Positions 38,098 through 47,315 of a DNA stretch of 64,000 nt are shown here, piece by piece. Origin of the DNA: a virus (Duplodnaviria > Caudoviricetes); the IMG/VR virus record IMGVR_UViG_3300037467_003067, positions 224,001 to 288,000 of that record. One strand, written 5' to 3'. The translations under genes were made by a program, and so were the position numbers. Under the pieces are notes generated by a model. That model made no database searches, was not told the origin of the DNA, and saw nothing but the letters and a program-made list of their open reading frames with translations. Within the stretch, counting starts at the first letter, position 1. Every line of letters begins with the position of its first letter.

Positions 38098-38408
38098 TGT
38101 CTAAATACGTAGTATTTGAGAGTAGTGGTGCGACCGAATTCACCGAATTCGTTTTATACGCTGATGGCTTGAAGGCGGCTGAAGGCGATGTCCTCGATAT
38201 GCCAGACGAAGGATATTTCTCATATCCCTACAATCTAGTGACAGCATCCGACTTTGATCGGGTCAAGGAACATTTCGGAGGTTCTTTTCTTGAAGCCCTA
38301 GAAGAGATGCGATCAGCGTTGGCGAGCCTGAAGACTATTAGGGAGGCGTTGGAACGGCTGAAGAAGAATGCCATGTCCGACGAGGAAATCGAGGAATTTC
38401 TGAAATAA
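38097..38408 (+). CDS. hypothetical protein
   Basis: GGAGG RBS; GTG start overlapping previous stop. Confidence 0.6.
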   Translation: MSKYVVFESSGATEFTEFVLYADGLKAAEGDVLDMPDEGYFSYPYNLVTASDFDRVKEHFGGSFLEALEEMRSALASLKTIREALERLKKNAMSDEEIEEFLK

Positions 38409-38524
38409 TTTTGATTCTCCTTACTATATTATGATGTAATCACGTCGATTACAGCCTAATGCGGTGTAGTCCGGTTAGGTCGCCTTGTGCAATAGAGCAA
38501 AGGTTTTAGTTAGGAGAATTAAGT

Positions 38525-39064
38525 ATGTCAGATCTACGTAAGTACATTGCAAACCCTTCCCACGTCCTCAATGCGAAATCCCATCTTCGCGACAATTTAT
38601 TCGGGCCGTTTGAGTCTGAATTTAATCGTTTCTTCGATGACTTCTTTTCTGTTCCCCGTAAACCGTCGAATGCTGGGTATCCCCGCGTCGATGTCTACGA
38701 ACGCGGCAATGAATTCGTAGTCGAGTTCTCGATAGCGGGCGTCGACCCAGCCGATATCTCCGTGGAGATCGAAGACAAGCCGAGTGAATTCCGGTCTTAC
38801 GGCAGCGAATACGCCAAGCTCCTCAAGGTTTCCGGCAAGATGTCCCAGGAGTTCGAGAATAAGGCTGACGCGAACTACCACGTCAAGGAACTGACCAGAA
38901 AGAGTTTCAGCCGATCGATGCTGTTGCCCGATCATTTGGTCGGAGATCCTAAGGCAACCCACAAGAACGGTATGCTGACTCTGACCTGGACGACCGTGTC
39001 GGCTACAGAAGAAGCCAAACCTCAGGTAAGGTCGATCCCGATTCTTACTGAGGAGAGCAAGTGA
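38525..39064 (+). CDS. Hsp20 small heat shock protein
   Basis: YPRVDVYE..AGV..I.V..F.RS..LP..A.HKNGMLTL; C-terminal IPI motif. Confidence 0.92.
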   Translation: MSDLRKYIANPSHVLNAKSHLRDNLFGPFESEFNRFFDDFFSVPRKPSNAGYPRVDVYERGNEFVVEFSIAGVDPADISVEIEDKPSEFRSYGSEYAKLLKVSGKMSQEFENKADANYHVKELTRKSFSRSMLLPDHLVGDPKATHKNGMLTLTWTTVSATEEAKPQVRSIPILTEESK

Positions 39065-39246
39065 TCCCAACATTATCGGAAGTTTGCACCGCTCTTCAGG
39101 AGCGGTGCAATTCTTGGTGGCAAGAGCGGAGAAAAGGGGGATATTTGTTCATACGAGATGGATCGGTTGGGAGCGGACGGCACTTAAGTTATATCATTCA
39201 AAATGCCAATTTGGTTGAAATTACTCTTTTAAAATATGAACCCTAA
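39061..39246 (+). CDS. small hypothetical protein
   Basis: GTGA overlap; GAGGAG RBS. Confidence 0.5.
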   Translation: MIPTLSEVCTALQERCNSWWQERRKGGYLFIRDGSVGSGRHLSYIIQNANLVEITLLKYEP

Positions 39247-39868
39247 ATTGGATATTTACCAGGTAAAATCAGAGGTCGAGTCCAAACTACGACAAGGCTA
39301 CATTACTAGCCGCGTTCTCTTAGGGCGTGCCAGATTCATCGAAGAGGGTTCGACCAAGACCTCTTCGTTCAATGACCCAGCCCATCTGCCTTTTTTTTAT
39401 CATTTTGCTACTTTGATCAAGCCGAAGACCGTGGTCGAGTCCGGCGTTGGTCTCGGCTTGCGAGCAGCTTGTTTGGCACAGGGGACGGAGATAACCCGAT
39501 TCCTTGGACTCCAGGAGGTCCCGAATTCGAAGTATTATTCACCCCGCCTAGCAAAAGGGAACGTCGGCGACCATTGCAAAGGGAAAATTAATATCCATTC
39601 CGGCTTAATAACGGATTCTTCCTTCATAGATAGCCTGAACGCCATCGAGTGGGATCTCGCTCTTATTAGTGAGAAATTGCCTTATGAACGGCAGATGCTC
39701 CACATGGATTTGCTATGGTCGCGGGTCAAGTTGGGTGGGATGATGTTAATAGACAATCAGGAATCTCACGAGGCGAGCCAGAGAGCTTTCAAGGAATTTT
39801 GCAAAATTAAGAATCGAGACCCGGTAGTCATTAACACTCGGTATGGTGTAGGTGTCATCCAAAATTGA
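39236..39868 (+). CDS. class I SAM-dependent methyltransferase-like protein (Methyltransf_24-like, degenerate)
   Basis: IKPKTVVESGVGLG..WDLALI..VKLGGMMLIDN..YGVGVI. Confidence 0.65.
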   Translation: MNPKLDIYQVKSEVESKLRQGYITSRVLLGRARFIEEGSTKTSSFNDPAHLPFFYHFATLIKPKTVVESGVGLGLRAACLAQGTEITRFLGLQEVPNSKYYSPRLAKGNVGDHCKGKINIHSGLITDSSFIDSLNAIEWDLALISEKLPYERQMLHMDLLWSRVKLGGMMLIDNQESHEASQRAFKEFCKIKNRDPVVINTRYGVGVIQN

Positions 39869-40659
39869 ACAAGAAAGTAGGGAAATTGGGTTACGAAATT
39901 TGCTATTCATATCACGAACGTCTTGAGGATGGAAGCTACGACAAGGAGACGGTCAAGACGATGAAGCGTCGTCTTGGCAAAGCCGAAGAAGAGGTCACGC
40001 CGGACAAGTTGGCGGGGACGATCATGGCACAGCTTGCTCGCCGCGATATCTGGGTCTTAGACGTGGAAGTCTATGAATTTACCAAGAAAAAACTGAGCTT
40101 CAAGGAAACCAAGGGTGGTCTCGTCATCGGCGGCAAGAAGTACCTGCTCGACGAGTGCGGACATCTTGCGGTTCAGGAAGTCCCCGAAGCGGTGCCGCAA
40201 CCGGTCGTCCATCAGCAATTGCCGGTGTCGCACAGCCTCCATCCGTTCAAGCCTTCATTCCAGAGCCGGGTTCCCCAGCAGATGGTCGAGGAAATGGTCA
40301 AGGCGAGTGGCGGCACGGTAAATGTCGCGGACATGCACCTTCTCAAGAAGAAGCCGATGCGGTATGAGATATTCCAGCCCGACCCGGCGTTTGTCGATAT
40401 GGTCAAGGCACGGACCTTGGCGTTTACCGTGGGCGAGAAGTATCCGATTTACGCGGAGAAGTCGGCAGGCAGTGACCACCGTCTTGGGATGAATTACACG
40501 ACGGTTGACAACAACGGACAGAAGCAGGTCCTTAACGACAAGCATTTCGTCCCGACGACCAGCCTCATCGGGGGATTCGACGAGGAATCCAGGCAGGATA
40601 TTGCTCTGGATTACGGGGACACGGGCGGATTTGGGGCGAATATGCCGAAGTTGAGGTGA
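39865..40659 (+). CDS. hypothetical phage protein
   Basis: 264-aa ORF in overlapping run. Confidence 0.75.
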   Translation: MNKKVGKLGYEICYSYHERLEDGSYDKETVKTMKRRLGKAEEEVTPDKLAGTIMAQLARRDIWVLDVEVYEFTKKKLSFKETKGGLVIGGKKYLLDECGHLAVQEVPEAVPQPVVHQQLPVSHSLHPFKPSFQSRVPQQMVEEMVKASGGTVNVADMHLLKKKPMRYEIFQPDPAFVDMVKARTLAFTVGEKYPIYAEKSAGSDHRLGMNYTTVDNNGQKQVLNDKHFVPTTSLIGGFDEESRQDIALDYGDTGGFGANMPKLR

Positions 40660-40871
40660 TAGTTGTGGGCAAGACAGATGTTTATTGTCCTTCATGCGAT
40701 GAAATGTTTGAAGCGAAGGAGTGGGAAGTCGGTGCGTGTCCGTTCTGTTCTCGGGGCTATTCCTGGGATGAGGCATGTACCGATGATTATTCTGATTGCT
40801 GGACAGTCGTTGAGTGGGACGAAGTAAAAACGGAGATTGATAGTGAGAAAATCAGATCAGAAGAAGCGTGA
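40656..40871 (+). CDS. small zinc-ribbon protein
   Basis: CPSC..CPFC. Confidence 0.6.
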   Translation: MIVVGKTDVYCPSCDEMFEAKEWEVGACPFCSRGYSWDEACTDDYSDCWTVVEWDEVKTEIDSEKIRSEEA

Positions 40872-41265
40872 TCGCAAGGTCAAGAATGCAGAGAAGCAAC
40901 ACAAGCACCAAGCTCAGGTCCGAAGTGCCCTGATCCGTAGGGATGCCAAGCAGCGACATTATTACGACAAGATGGTGAACCGGGTTCGGAGGGAAGCAGC
41001 CACGGAGACGGAGGACGAGGCGATCAAGAAGCAACTGGCTCACAACCTGGAGATTCTTGAAGCTCTTGAGAAAGAATATGATCAGGAGCAGGAAGCTAAG
41101 AAGAAGTTGAATGTTGATCTCGAAGGGCAGGGATTCAGCACCCTGGAAGAGAAGATGGAGTATCTCCAGCAGATCGCGGTGGATGAGCAGAAGCTAGAAG
41201 CCATGGGCGTCGGCGGCTCGGCTGACGTGGAACTTCGGGTAAATACTGAAGAGAATGCTTCTTGA
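40837..41265 (+). CDS. charged coiled-coil hypothetical protein
   Basis: 142-aa ORF, K/E/R rich. Confidence 0.7.
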   Translation: MIVRKSDQKKRDRKVKNAEKQHKHQAQVRSALIRRDAKQRHYYDKMVNRVRREAATETEDEAIKKQLAHNLEILEALEKEYDQEQEAKKKLNVDLEGQGFSTLEEKMEYLQQIAVDEQKLEAMGVGGSADVELRVNTEENAS

Positions 41266-41314
41266 TTTGCTTCTTTGTAATTTCTAGAAAATGTCAGAAA
41301 ATTGATTAAAGTTC

Positions 41315-41343
41315 TTGCAATAACTTCCGATATCTGATATAGT
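41315..41343 (+). promoter_or_regulatory. sigma70-type promoter TTGCAA-17-TATAGT
   Basis: Hexamers with 17-bp spacer and TG extension. Confidence 0.7.
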
Positions 41344-41457
41344 GGGTCTTGTTAAATGGTGGTTGTGCAAATCCTTCATTGGTTAGTGGAGGAGAAAGCA
41401 CAGAGGAATCAATAAGACCTTTTAACTAAGTAAAACTAAGTAAAACGGAGAAAGCTA

Positions 41458-42615
41458 ATGGGACTTAACCTTGCTGAGTTGATGGAAGATGCTGACGGTG
41501 GTTCGCAGAACACTAATTCGGTTGCCACCGGGAGTTTCTTGGATAATTTCGTTCTGATGCCCCAAGGAGAGGGGTTCGTGACTGTCCGGATTCTGCCACC
41601 GGGCAATGACCTGCCGATGATGGCTGGTGGGCTTTGTATGTTCACTCGGGTCCATTCGATCAATGGACGCAAGGTCCATTGCCCCCGCGAGAAGTCGCGA
41701 GGTCGGAATGGCAAGACCTATTTCAACGGCGATTGCCGCATTTGCGACCATTACAACTGGCTCTATCGCCAGGCTGACGAAGCGAAGGCTCGTGCTGAGG
41801 AAGCCAAGACGTCGGCTGACGCTGCCAAGAAGCGGGGCGAGGACGCCTCGGTTTACGAGGCGAGATACCACGAAGCCAAGGCGAAGCAGGCTGGCTTTGT
41901 CCGCGAAGCCCGCGACATCAAGCCGGTCGAGCGGATCTACCTGAACGCGATCGTTCGCAAGATTGTCAAGGATGGAGTCACCACGACCAATGTTGGTCCC
42001 AAGATTCTGTCGATTGGCAAGACCCTCTGGGAGCAGATCCGTGCGGCGATCCTTGGTGACGAGAAGTTCGGACGAGCGGCGTTGGGCGATGTGACCCATC
42101 CGACCACCGGACGCGACTTCACGATCGTCAAGGAGATCAAGAAGTCGGAAGAGGGTGACTTCCCCAACTACGACAAGAGCTATTTCTCCGAGCCGAGTGC
42201 ATTGGGCAACCCCGACCAGGTGAAGGAGTGGATGGCTAATCTCCATGACCTGGCTGCCTTGCGGGTTCTCAAGACTTCGGAAGAGATCGAGGCTGAGGTT
42301 CGCGAGTACGTGACCGGCGAAAGCCCCCGAAAGGTCCCCACCTACGATCCTTCGATGTTGACTAACGAGCATTCGGTTCCTGCCGAAGGTTCTGTGCCGC
42401 CTCTTGATCCGGTTTCCGTGAACGATGAAGTCAGTACGATTATCCCGGTTGAGTTCTCCTCTATCGCATCTCGACCGTCTTGGATGTCGAACGCTGAACC
42501 TGTTAATAGTACCTCGACAGGAACAACTGAACCCTTCAACGAGATTGAGTCAGATCCGGTTCCCAATGTAGCGATGGACAATGATGCATTCTTTGCTACT
42601 CTGCAGAACATGTAA
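41458..42615 (+). CDS. single-stranded DNA binding protein (T4 gp32-like)
   Basis: VRILPP..H..HCP..CRIC zinc site; GRDFTI.K..FPNYDKSYF; acidic tail ending DAFFATL; upstream of recA. Confidence 0.88.
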   Translation: MGLNLAELMEDADGGSQNTNSVATGSFLDNFVLMPQGEGFVTVRILPPGNDLPMMAGGLCMFTRVHSINGRKVHCPREKSRGRNGKTYFNGDCRICDHYNWLYRQADEAKARAEEAKTSADAAKKRGEDASVYEARYHEAKAKQAGFVREARDIKPVERIYLNAIVRKIVKDGVTTTNVGPKILSIGKTLWEQIRAAILGDEKFGRAALGDVTHPTTGRDFTIVKEIKKSEEGDFPNYDKSYFSEPSALGNPDQVKEWMANLHDLAALRVLKTSEEIEAEVREYVTGESPRKVPTYDPSMLTNEHSVPAEGSVPPLDPVSVNDEVSTIIPVEFSSIASRPSWMSNAEPVNSTSTGTTEPFNEIESDPVPNVAMDNDAFFATLQNM

Positions 42616-42623
42616 TCTTTGAG

Positions 42624-42653
42624 AAAAGCCCGGCATTGATTTGCCGGGCTTTT
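42624..42653 (+). terminator. intrinsic terminator
   Basis: aaaagcccggca/tgccgggctttt. Confidence 0.8.
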
Positions 42654-42792
42654 CCATGCGCCTCAACGGGCGTTTGGAGTGGTCCTATCTCAGGTCAAAA
42701 GCGGGATTACGGAATATCCTTATGTGTTTTTTACAAACATTCTTCTGGCATAGGAGTCGCTCCATTTACCTTTGTATATTACAGACAGGCAA

Positions 42793-43992
42793 ATGGCTAA
42801 GAAAAATAAGGAAAAGAGAGAGAGCAGTCAGCTAGACATTTTCCAGGCGTTGGCAGAGCAGACGAACGGCGAGTTGCTGGGGCAGATGAAGGCAGCCAAG
42901 TATTTCATCGACACGGGCAACCTCGCGTTCAACTTCATCGCTAGCGGCAAGTTCATCAATGGCGGTCTCCCCGGTGGTCGTATTTCTGAGTTTTATGGTC
43001 CGAGTTCATCGGCGAAGTCGCTCTGGGCGACCAATCTTCTTTTCGGTTGCCAGAAGCTCGGCGGCTACGCGATCCTGCTGGATTGCGAGAATGCTTCCAA
43101 CCCCGAGTGGATCAGGAAGGCGTCCCACCTCGATGTCGACCGCGTGGTCCGGTACACTCCAAAGACCCTTGAGGAAGCGTTCCTCAAGATGTACAACGTG
43201 ATCAAGGTCATTCGTAGTCGGGATACCGAAGTTCCCATCATGATTGTGTACGATTCGATCACGGTATCGCCCACGGCTCGCGAACTCCGTGAAATTGACC
43301 TTCCCGAGAATTACACGGAAGCCGAGTTCAAGCGGATCGTGCAGCGACACGAGCAGCCAGGCGAACGTGCCAAGGTCATCAGCACTGAACTCCGCAAACT
43401 GAACGGGCTGATGGAGGAGATGGATGCCACGATCTTGATCGTGAACCAGGTCCGAGATAAGATCGGGGTTTCGTATGGATCACCTGAGACGGTCTCTGGC
43501 GGTCGGGCGTTGGAGTTCTACTGCTCCCAGCGGTTCCGCACGAGTTCCCATGCGACCATCAAGAATCCCAAGCTGAACAACATGATCACGGGCGTCAATG
43601 TCAAGATCACGAACAAGAAGAACCGCTTCTTCCGTCCCCATGCGTGGGCTGAGGGCGTCCAACTGCTGTTCGATCGCGGCATCAATCCCCTGAGCGGTCT
43701 TCTCGATGTCCTGATCCAGGCTGAGCGAATCGAGGCGAAGAGCAGCGGCAATTACGTCGTCCTTCCTGATTATCTCCCCGAAGGGAAGGAGAGCTACGGC
43801 TTCAAGGGTTCCAAGGCTCGCGGCGATGTTCCTCGGGCTTTGGTCTTGGATTGTCCCCGGTTGATCGACGCTGAGAGTCGCGAGGAAGTTGAGGATTACC
43901 TGTCGCCTTACGCCGACTTTGAGCAACTCCAGGAAGAGGGGTCGATCATGGAAGAGGCGATCACCAATGGATTGAACGAAGAGGAACTTTGA
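42793..43992 (+). CDS. recA: RecA/UvsX recombinase
   Basis: GGLPGGRISEFYGPSSSAKS, LDCE, VYDSI, VNQVRDKIG..ETVSGGRALEFY, KNR. Confidence 0.93.
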   Translation: MAKKNKEKRESSQLDIFQALAEQTNGELLGQMKAAKYFIDTGNLAFNFIASGKFINGGLPGGRISEFYGPSSSAKSLWATNLLFGCQKLGGYAILLDCENASNPEWIRKASHLDVDRVVRYTPKTLEEAFLKMYNVIKVIRSRDTEVPIMIVYDSITVSPTARELREIDLPENYTEAEFKRIVQRHEQPGERAKVISTELRKLNGLMEEMDATILIVNQVRDKIGVSYGSPETVSGGRALEFYCSQRFRTSSHATIKNPKLNNMITGVNVKITNKKNRFFRPHAWAEGVQLLFDRGINPLSGLLDVLIQAERIEAKSSGNYVVLPDYLPEGKESYGFKGSKARGDVPRALVLDCPRLIDAESREEVEDYLSPYADFEQLQEEGSIMEEAITNGLNEEEL

Positions 43993-44004
43993 GATAGTTG
44001 AAAC

Positions 44005-44052
44005 AAAAATCCCGTTCAAGATCGATTCGAATCGATCTTGAACGGGATTTTT
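44005..44052. terminator. perfect 48-bp palindrome; likely bidirectional terminator
   Basis: aaaaatcccgttcaagatcgattcgaatcgatcttgaacgggattttt, between convergent genes. Confidence 0.8.
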
Positions 44053-44070
44053 TGGTGTCTAAAATTGGCG

Positions 44071-44745
44071 TCACGGGTTGAGATTTTCCATGATGACTGC
44101 CATGGGCGTGGTCGTTACCACATCCGGAACCTCGACTGCCTCAACGTTGACCTCGGCAGGTGCGTCGAAATCGGCGTGGAATGGATTGAAATCAGTAAAT
44201 TGGACCTGAAGTTGGTACCGACCCAATCCAATGCGTTCGGTCGTATTGCCTTGCTCTTGGAGTTTGGAACGGACCGTGGAGATTTGAGCGCTGATCGAGG
44301 TGCGAGGTAGGTCATCGAATTCCTGGCACAATTCGTTCAAGGACACGACCGAATAGGAGAGGAAGAGGGACCGAATTCGTTGTCGCGCCTGCTTCTTGCG
44401 TTCCCTGATCATGTCGGGCGTCATGACCGGCTTGACCGGGATAACGACCTTATGTTCGATCGGCTCGCTATCCCCCAGCGGGACGACACGCCCCAGATCG
44501 GTATATTTAGCAGAAACGCGGTAGTTGGCATCACACAGGGCACTCGGCAGAGACGCCAGGTCCAAGACACAGTTTGTGTTGTTGCCGATGTTAATGCGAT
44601 GAATTTCGGCGTCAAATGTTTTTGCGAATTCGATTAGCTGTAGGAGATTTTCTTGTGGGACGATATACTCTTTGCTGTCCTTCATACGTAGCAGTAGGGC
44701 GACACGAGAGCCAGAGGATTTAGCCTTGAGAATTTTGGCAGGCAT
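44071..44745 (-). CDS. hypothetical protein, possible C-terminal winged HTH
   Basis: AAGGA RBS; VSLNELCQEF..SISAQISTVRSKL..G..IGLGRYQL. Confidence 0.7.
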   Translation of the reverse strand: MPAKILKAKSSGSRVALLLRMKDSKEYIVPQENLLQLIEFAKTFDAEIHRINIGNNTNCVLDLASLPSALCDANYRVSAKYTDLGRVVPLGDSEPIEHKVVIPVKPVMTPDMIRERKKQARQRIRSLFLSYSVVSLNELCQEFDDLPRTSISAQISTVRSKLQEQGNTTERIGLGRYQLQVQFTDFNPFHADFDAPAEVNVEAVEVPDVVTTTPMAVIMENLNP

Positions 44746-44928
44746 TAATCGGTTTCCTTATTTTTAGCGGTTAAATTTGGGATTACGATAACGATCTTGA
44801 ATCGACCTCTTTTGGCGACTTCATTGAGTACCAATATAACACAATTCGGCTTGACGTTAAAGACGAATATGCTAAGATGGTTGTCTGATCGGGACAGGTC
44901 GAATTAGGTAATGCGAGGAGTCTATTTC

Positions 44929-45981
44929 ATGGATGATACGAGCGTCGGCAGACCTCTTAGCTGGACTACGGATCGCCGTTTCGGCGTCGAGTTGGAACTG
45001 AACGCATTCGACGGGAGGAATCGCCCCGAGAAGAAGGAGGAACTGCCCAAGGGCATCGACGTGGTTGGCGACTTGGTAGGGTCGGCGTTGAAGACATCGG
45101 TCTCGGTCCGGTCATGGGAACACACTCACAACAACGATAATTGGGTCATCAAGCCTGATTCGAGTTGCGGCATGGAAGTCTGTTCGCCGGTCCTCAAGGG
45201 TTGGCTCGGGCTGAGCCAGGTGGTCAAGTGCGGCGAGGTGTTCCTCAAGCACGACCAGGTGCAGTCGGACGGGCGATGCTCGCTACACGTTCACGTCAAT
45301 GTTGCGGATTGTTCAGTGGTAGAGGTAGCCAGCATCGTAACGCACTGGATCAAGAGTGAAGCGGTGTTTATGGACTCGGTCCCGGCGAACCGCAAGCGGA
45401 GTCGTTACTGCCAAATCGTCGGCATGTGCGATATGTTTGACACCAAGGAATTTCCTGATCCTAAGGAGATTCTGAGCCGCATGGGGCAGTCGAAGTATTT
45501 CACTCTGAATAACCTCCATTATTCCCGCGACCGAAGAAAGACCATCGAATTCCGGATCGCCGAGAATGCTGCCTGTACCGATCCCGTGTTTATCAAGAAT
45601 TGGGTCCGACTAGTGGTCCACTTCTGCGACATGGCGAAGCAGCTTCCGCTCCCCGGTAAGTATGCTGCTGGCGATCCCTGGACCTCGTTCTGCTGGCTTG
45701 ACCCGGTTGATGTCTTCGGCATGCTGGGATTCCTTCCGGGGCAATATGATCTATCTCCAGGATTGAAACAGGTCCGGGATTGGTTCATGGCTCGGATGAT
45801 GGTCAATATGAAGGGGACGGGGTTAAACGGGGTCTTCTCCGATATTGGTCGCAGTTATTCGTGGGAAGAACTCCAGCGAATCGCCAAGGCAGCCAACTTC
45901 GAGACTCCACTGGAGCGACACCTGCACGGGGCGGGCGAAGACCTGGAGCATTGGCTGTACAACAAGGAGTTGAGAACCTAA
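44929..45981 (+). CDS. putative amidoligase (Amidoligase_2, COOH-NH2 ligase)
   Basis: RRFGVELE, WVIKPDSS..MEVCSPVL, CSLHVHV, KYFTLN, TIEFR. Confidence 0.9.
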   Translation: MDDTSVGRPLSWTTDRRFGVELELNAFDGRNRPEKKEELPKGIDVVGDLVGSALKTSVSVRSWEHTHNNDNWVIKPDSSCGMEVCSPVLKGWLGLSQVVKCGEVFLKHDQVQSDGRCSLHVHVNVADCSVVEVASIVTHWIKSEAVFMDSVPANRKRSRYCQIVGMCDMFDTKEFPDPKEILSRMGQSKYFTLNNLHYSRDRRKTIEFRIAENAACTDPVFIKNWVRLVVHFCDMAKQLPLPGKYAAGDPWTSFCWLDPVDVFGMLGFLPGQYDLSPGLKQVRDWFMARMMVNMKGTGLNGVFSDIGRSYSWEELQRIAKAANFETPLERHLHGAGEDLEHWLYNKELRT

Positions 45982-46003
45982 AGAAAGACGCTCGTTTAAG
46001 ATT

Positions 46004-46453
46004 ATGACTAAATTAGATAAGACCGTTTTCGATATGAGGAACTTGGGTGACCTGCTTGCTGAATTCGACTTTCCGCAAGTCCAGGGCGGGGCTGAGGACG
46101 ATATTTCGCCGCTAAAAGCGAGGGATATCGTCGTGGACGGCTACGAGGTCGCCATCTACTACAGCAAGTCGATCCTTTCCGACGACAGGGCAGTCGAGTG
46201 CCTTCAATGCCTTGGGCAGAGAAGTCCATTCCTGCCCTTTCACGTCGTGGTCAAGATCGCCAAGGAATTCTTGGGAGACAAGTATCTTGGCTTTGTCGAT
46301 GTCTTCATTAATAACAAGAAAGTCTATTGCTGGATCGTCCACACCGACGGCAACGGCAAGCCGGTGGACAACGACCATTTCGTGGTCCGAGAGATCGAGT
46401 TCGAAGGGACCAGGATCGGTTATCTCGACCCGGAAGTGGTTAGGTTTTTCTGA
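46004..46453 (+). CDS. hypothetical phage protein
   Basis: 149-aa ORF with typical codon usage. Confidence 0.7.
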   Translation: MTKLDKTVFDMRNLGDLLAEFDFPQVQGGAEDDISPLKARDIVVDGYEVAIYYSKSILSDDRAVECLQCLGQRSPFLPFHVVVKIAKEFLGDKYLGFVDVFINNKKVYCWIVHTDGNGKPVDNDHFVVREIEFEGTRIGYLDPEVVRFF

Positions 46454-46549
46454 TCTCTCTCGCGGCAGCGTCCCGTAGATTGTATTTGCCTCCTCATATA
46501 TACATCGGATGGTGATTTCGCCACCCGACACGTATACGAGGACCAAAAG

Positions 46550-46852
46550 ATGACAAAACAAGCCAAGATTCAATCGTTGATCATCAAGCACCTCAAGGAC
46601 CATGGGACGTTGGACCTCCTCCTCCCAGACGGAATTATGCTTGAAATTGGTATTACCCAATTGAACAAAAAAGGCGACCTTGTAAAGAGCGACGATTATT
46701 GCTATGTCAGTGCCTCTAGGGAAGACAAGAAGACGTTGTTGGATTCCTACAATCTGGGCTTGTCCTTTGGCGACGATGAGGACGCTATCGTGTTCGAAGA
46801 AAAAGGACACGACGAATATGGTCAGCCCATTCGCCGTGTCGATGTAATCTGA
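46550..46852 (+). CDS. hypothetical protein
   Basis: GAGGA RBS; 100 aa. Confidence 0.7.
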   Translation: MTKQAKIQSLIIKHLKDHGTLDLLLPDGIMLEIGITQLNKKGDLVKSDDYCYVSASREDKKTLLDSYNLGLSFGDDEDAIVFEEKGHDEYGQPIRRVDVI

Positions 46853-47002
46853 AGCACTCCTCGACAAACGGCATTGGTCATAAAACCTGAAAATAGGTCT
46901 TGACGTCCAGTGCCGTTTGTGATATTATTGTTTTCACTTAACCCGCCGTGGGTTATGAATAAATAAAAGTTTGAATTAGTGACGGATAAGGAAGTCCTAG
47001 CT

Positions 47003-47251
47003 ATGAAAAAAGACGTAATCCTTAAAGAGTTCGTTCGTTCCCTTTCCGATGACGATATCCGCTTCGTCTGCTTCCGCCTGTCAGAGAAGAAGTCCGGCGA
47101 CCTTGGCGAAGTCGTGGAATTCATCCAGCAAGACCCCGAGATCGACCGGGTCCTGGCATCGGCTAAGGATTCCACCGAACTCTACGACTTAATAGATGAA
47201 ATCTACGACCAACTCGATCGCGAGTGGAAACGCCGGGTCATGCCTCGCTAA
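47003..47251 (+). CDS. hypothetical protein
   Basis: AAGGA RBS; promoter-like TTGACG-17-TATTAT at 46900-46928. Confidence 0.7.
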   Translation: MKKDVILKEFVRSLSDDDIRFVCFRLSEKKSGDLGEVVEFIQQDPEIDRVLASAKDSTELYDLIDEIYDQLDREWKRRVMPR

Positions 47252-47315
47252 ATATTTGCTTGTGAAATAATTAACTAATTAATTTAAACTATGCTGCTGG
47301 CTAAAGGGATGTGAA

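Noticed and set aside
32876-43992. Inteins or introns in the helicase or RecA
   Set aside because: Lengths are normal and motifs are contiguous.
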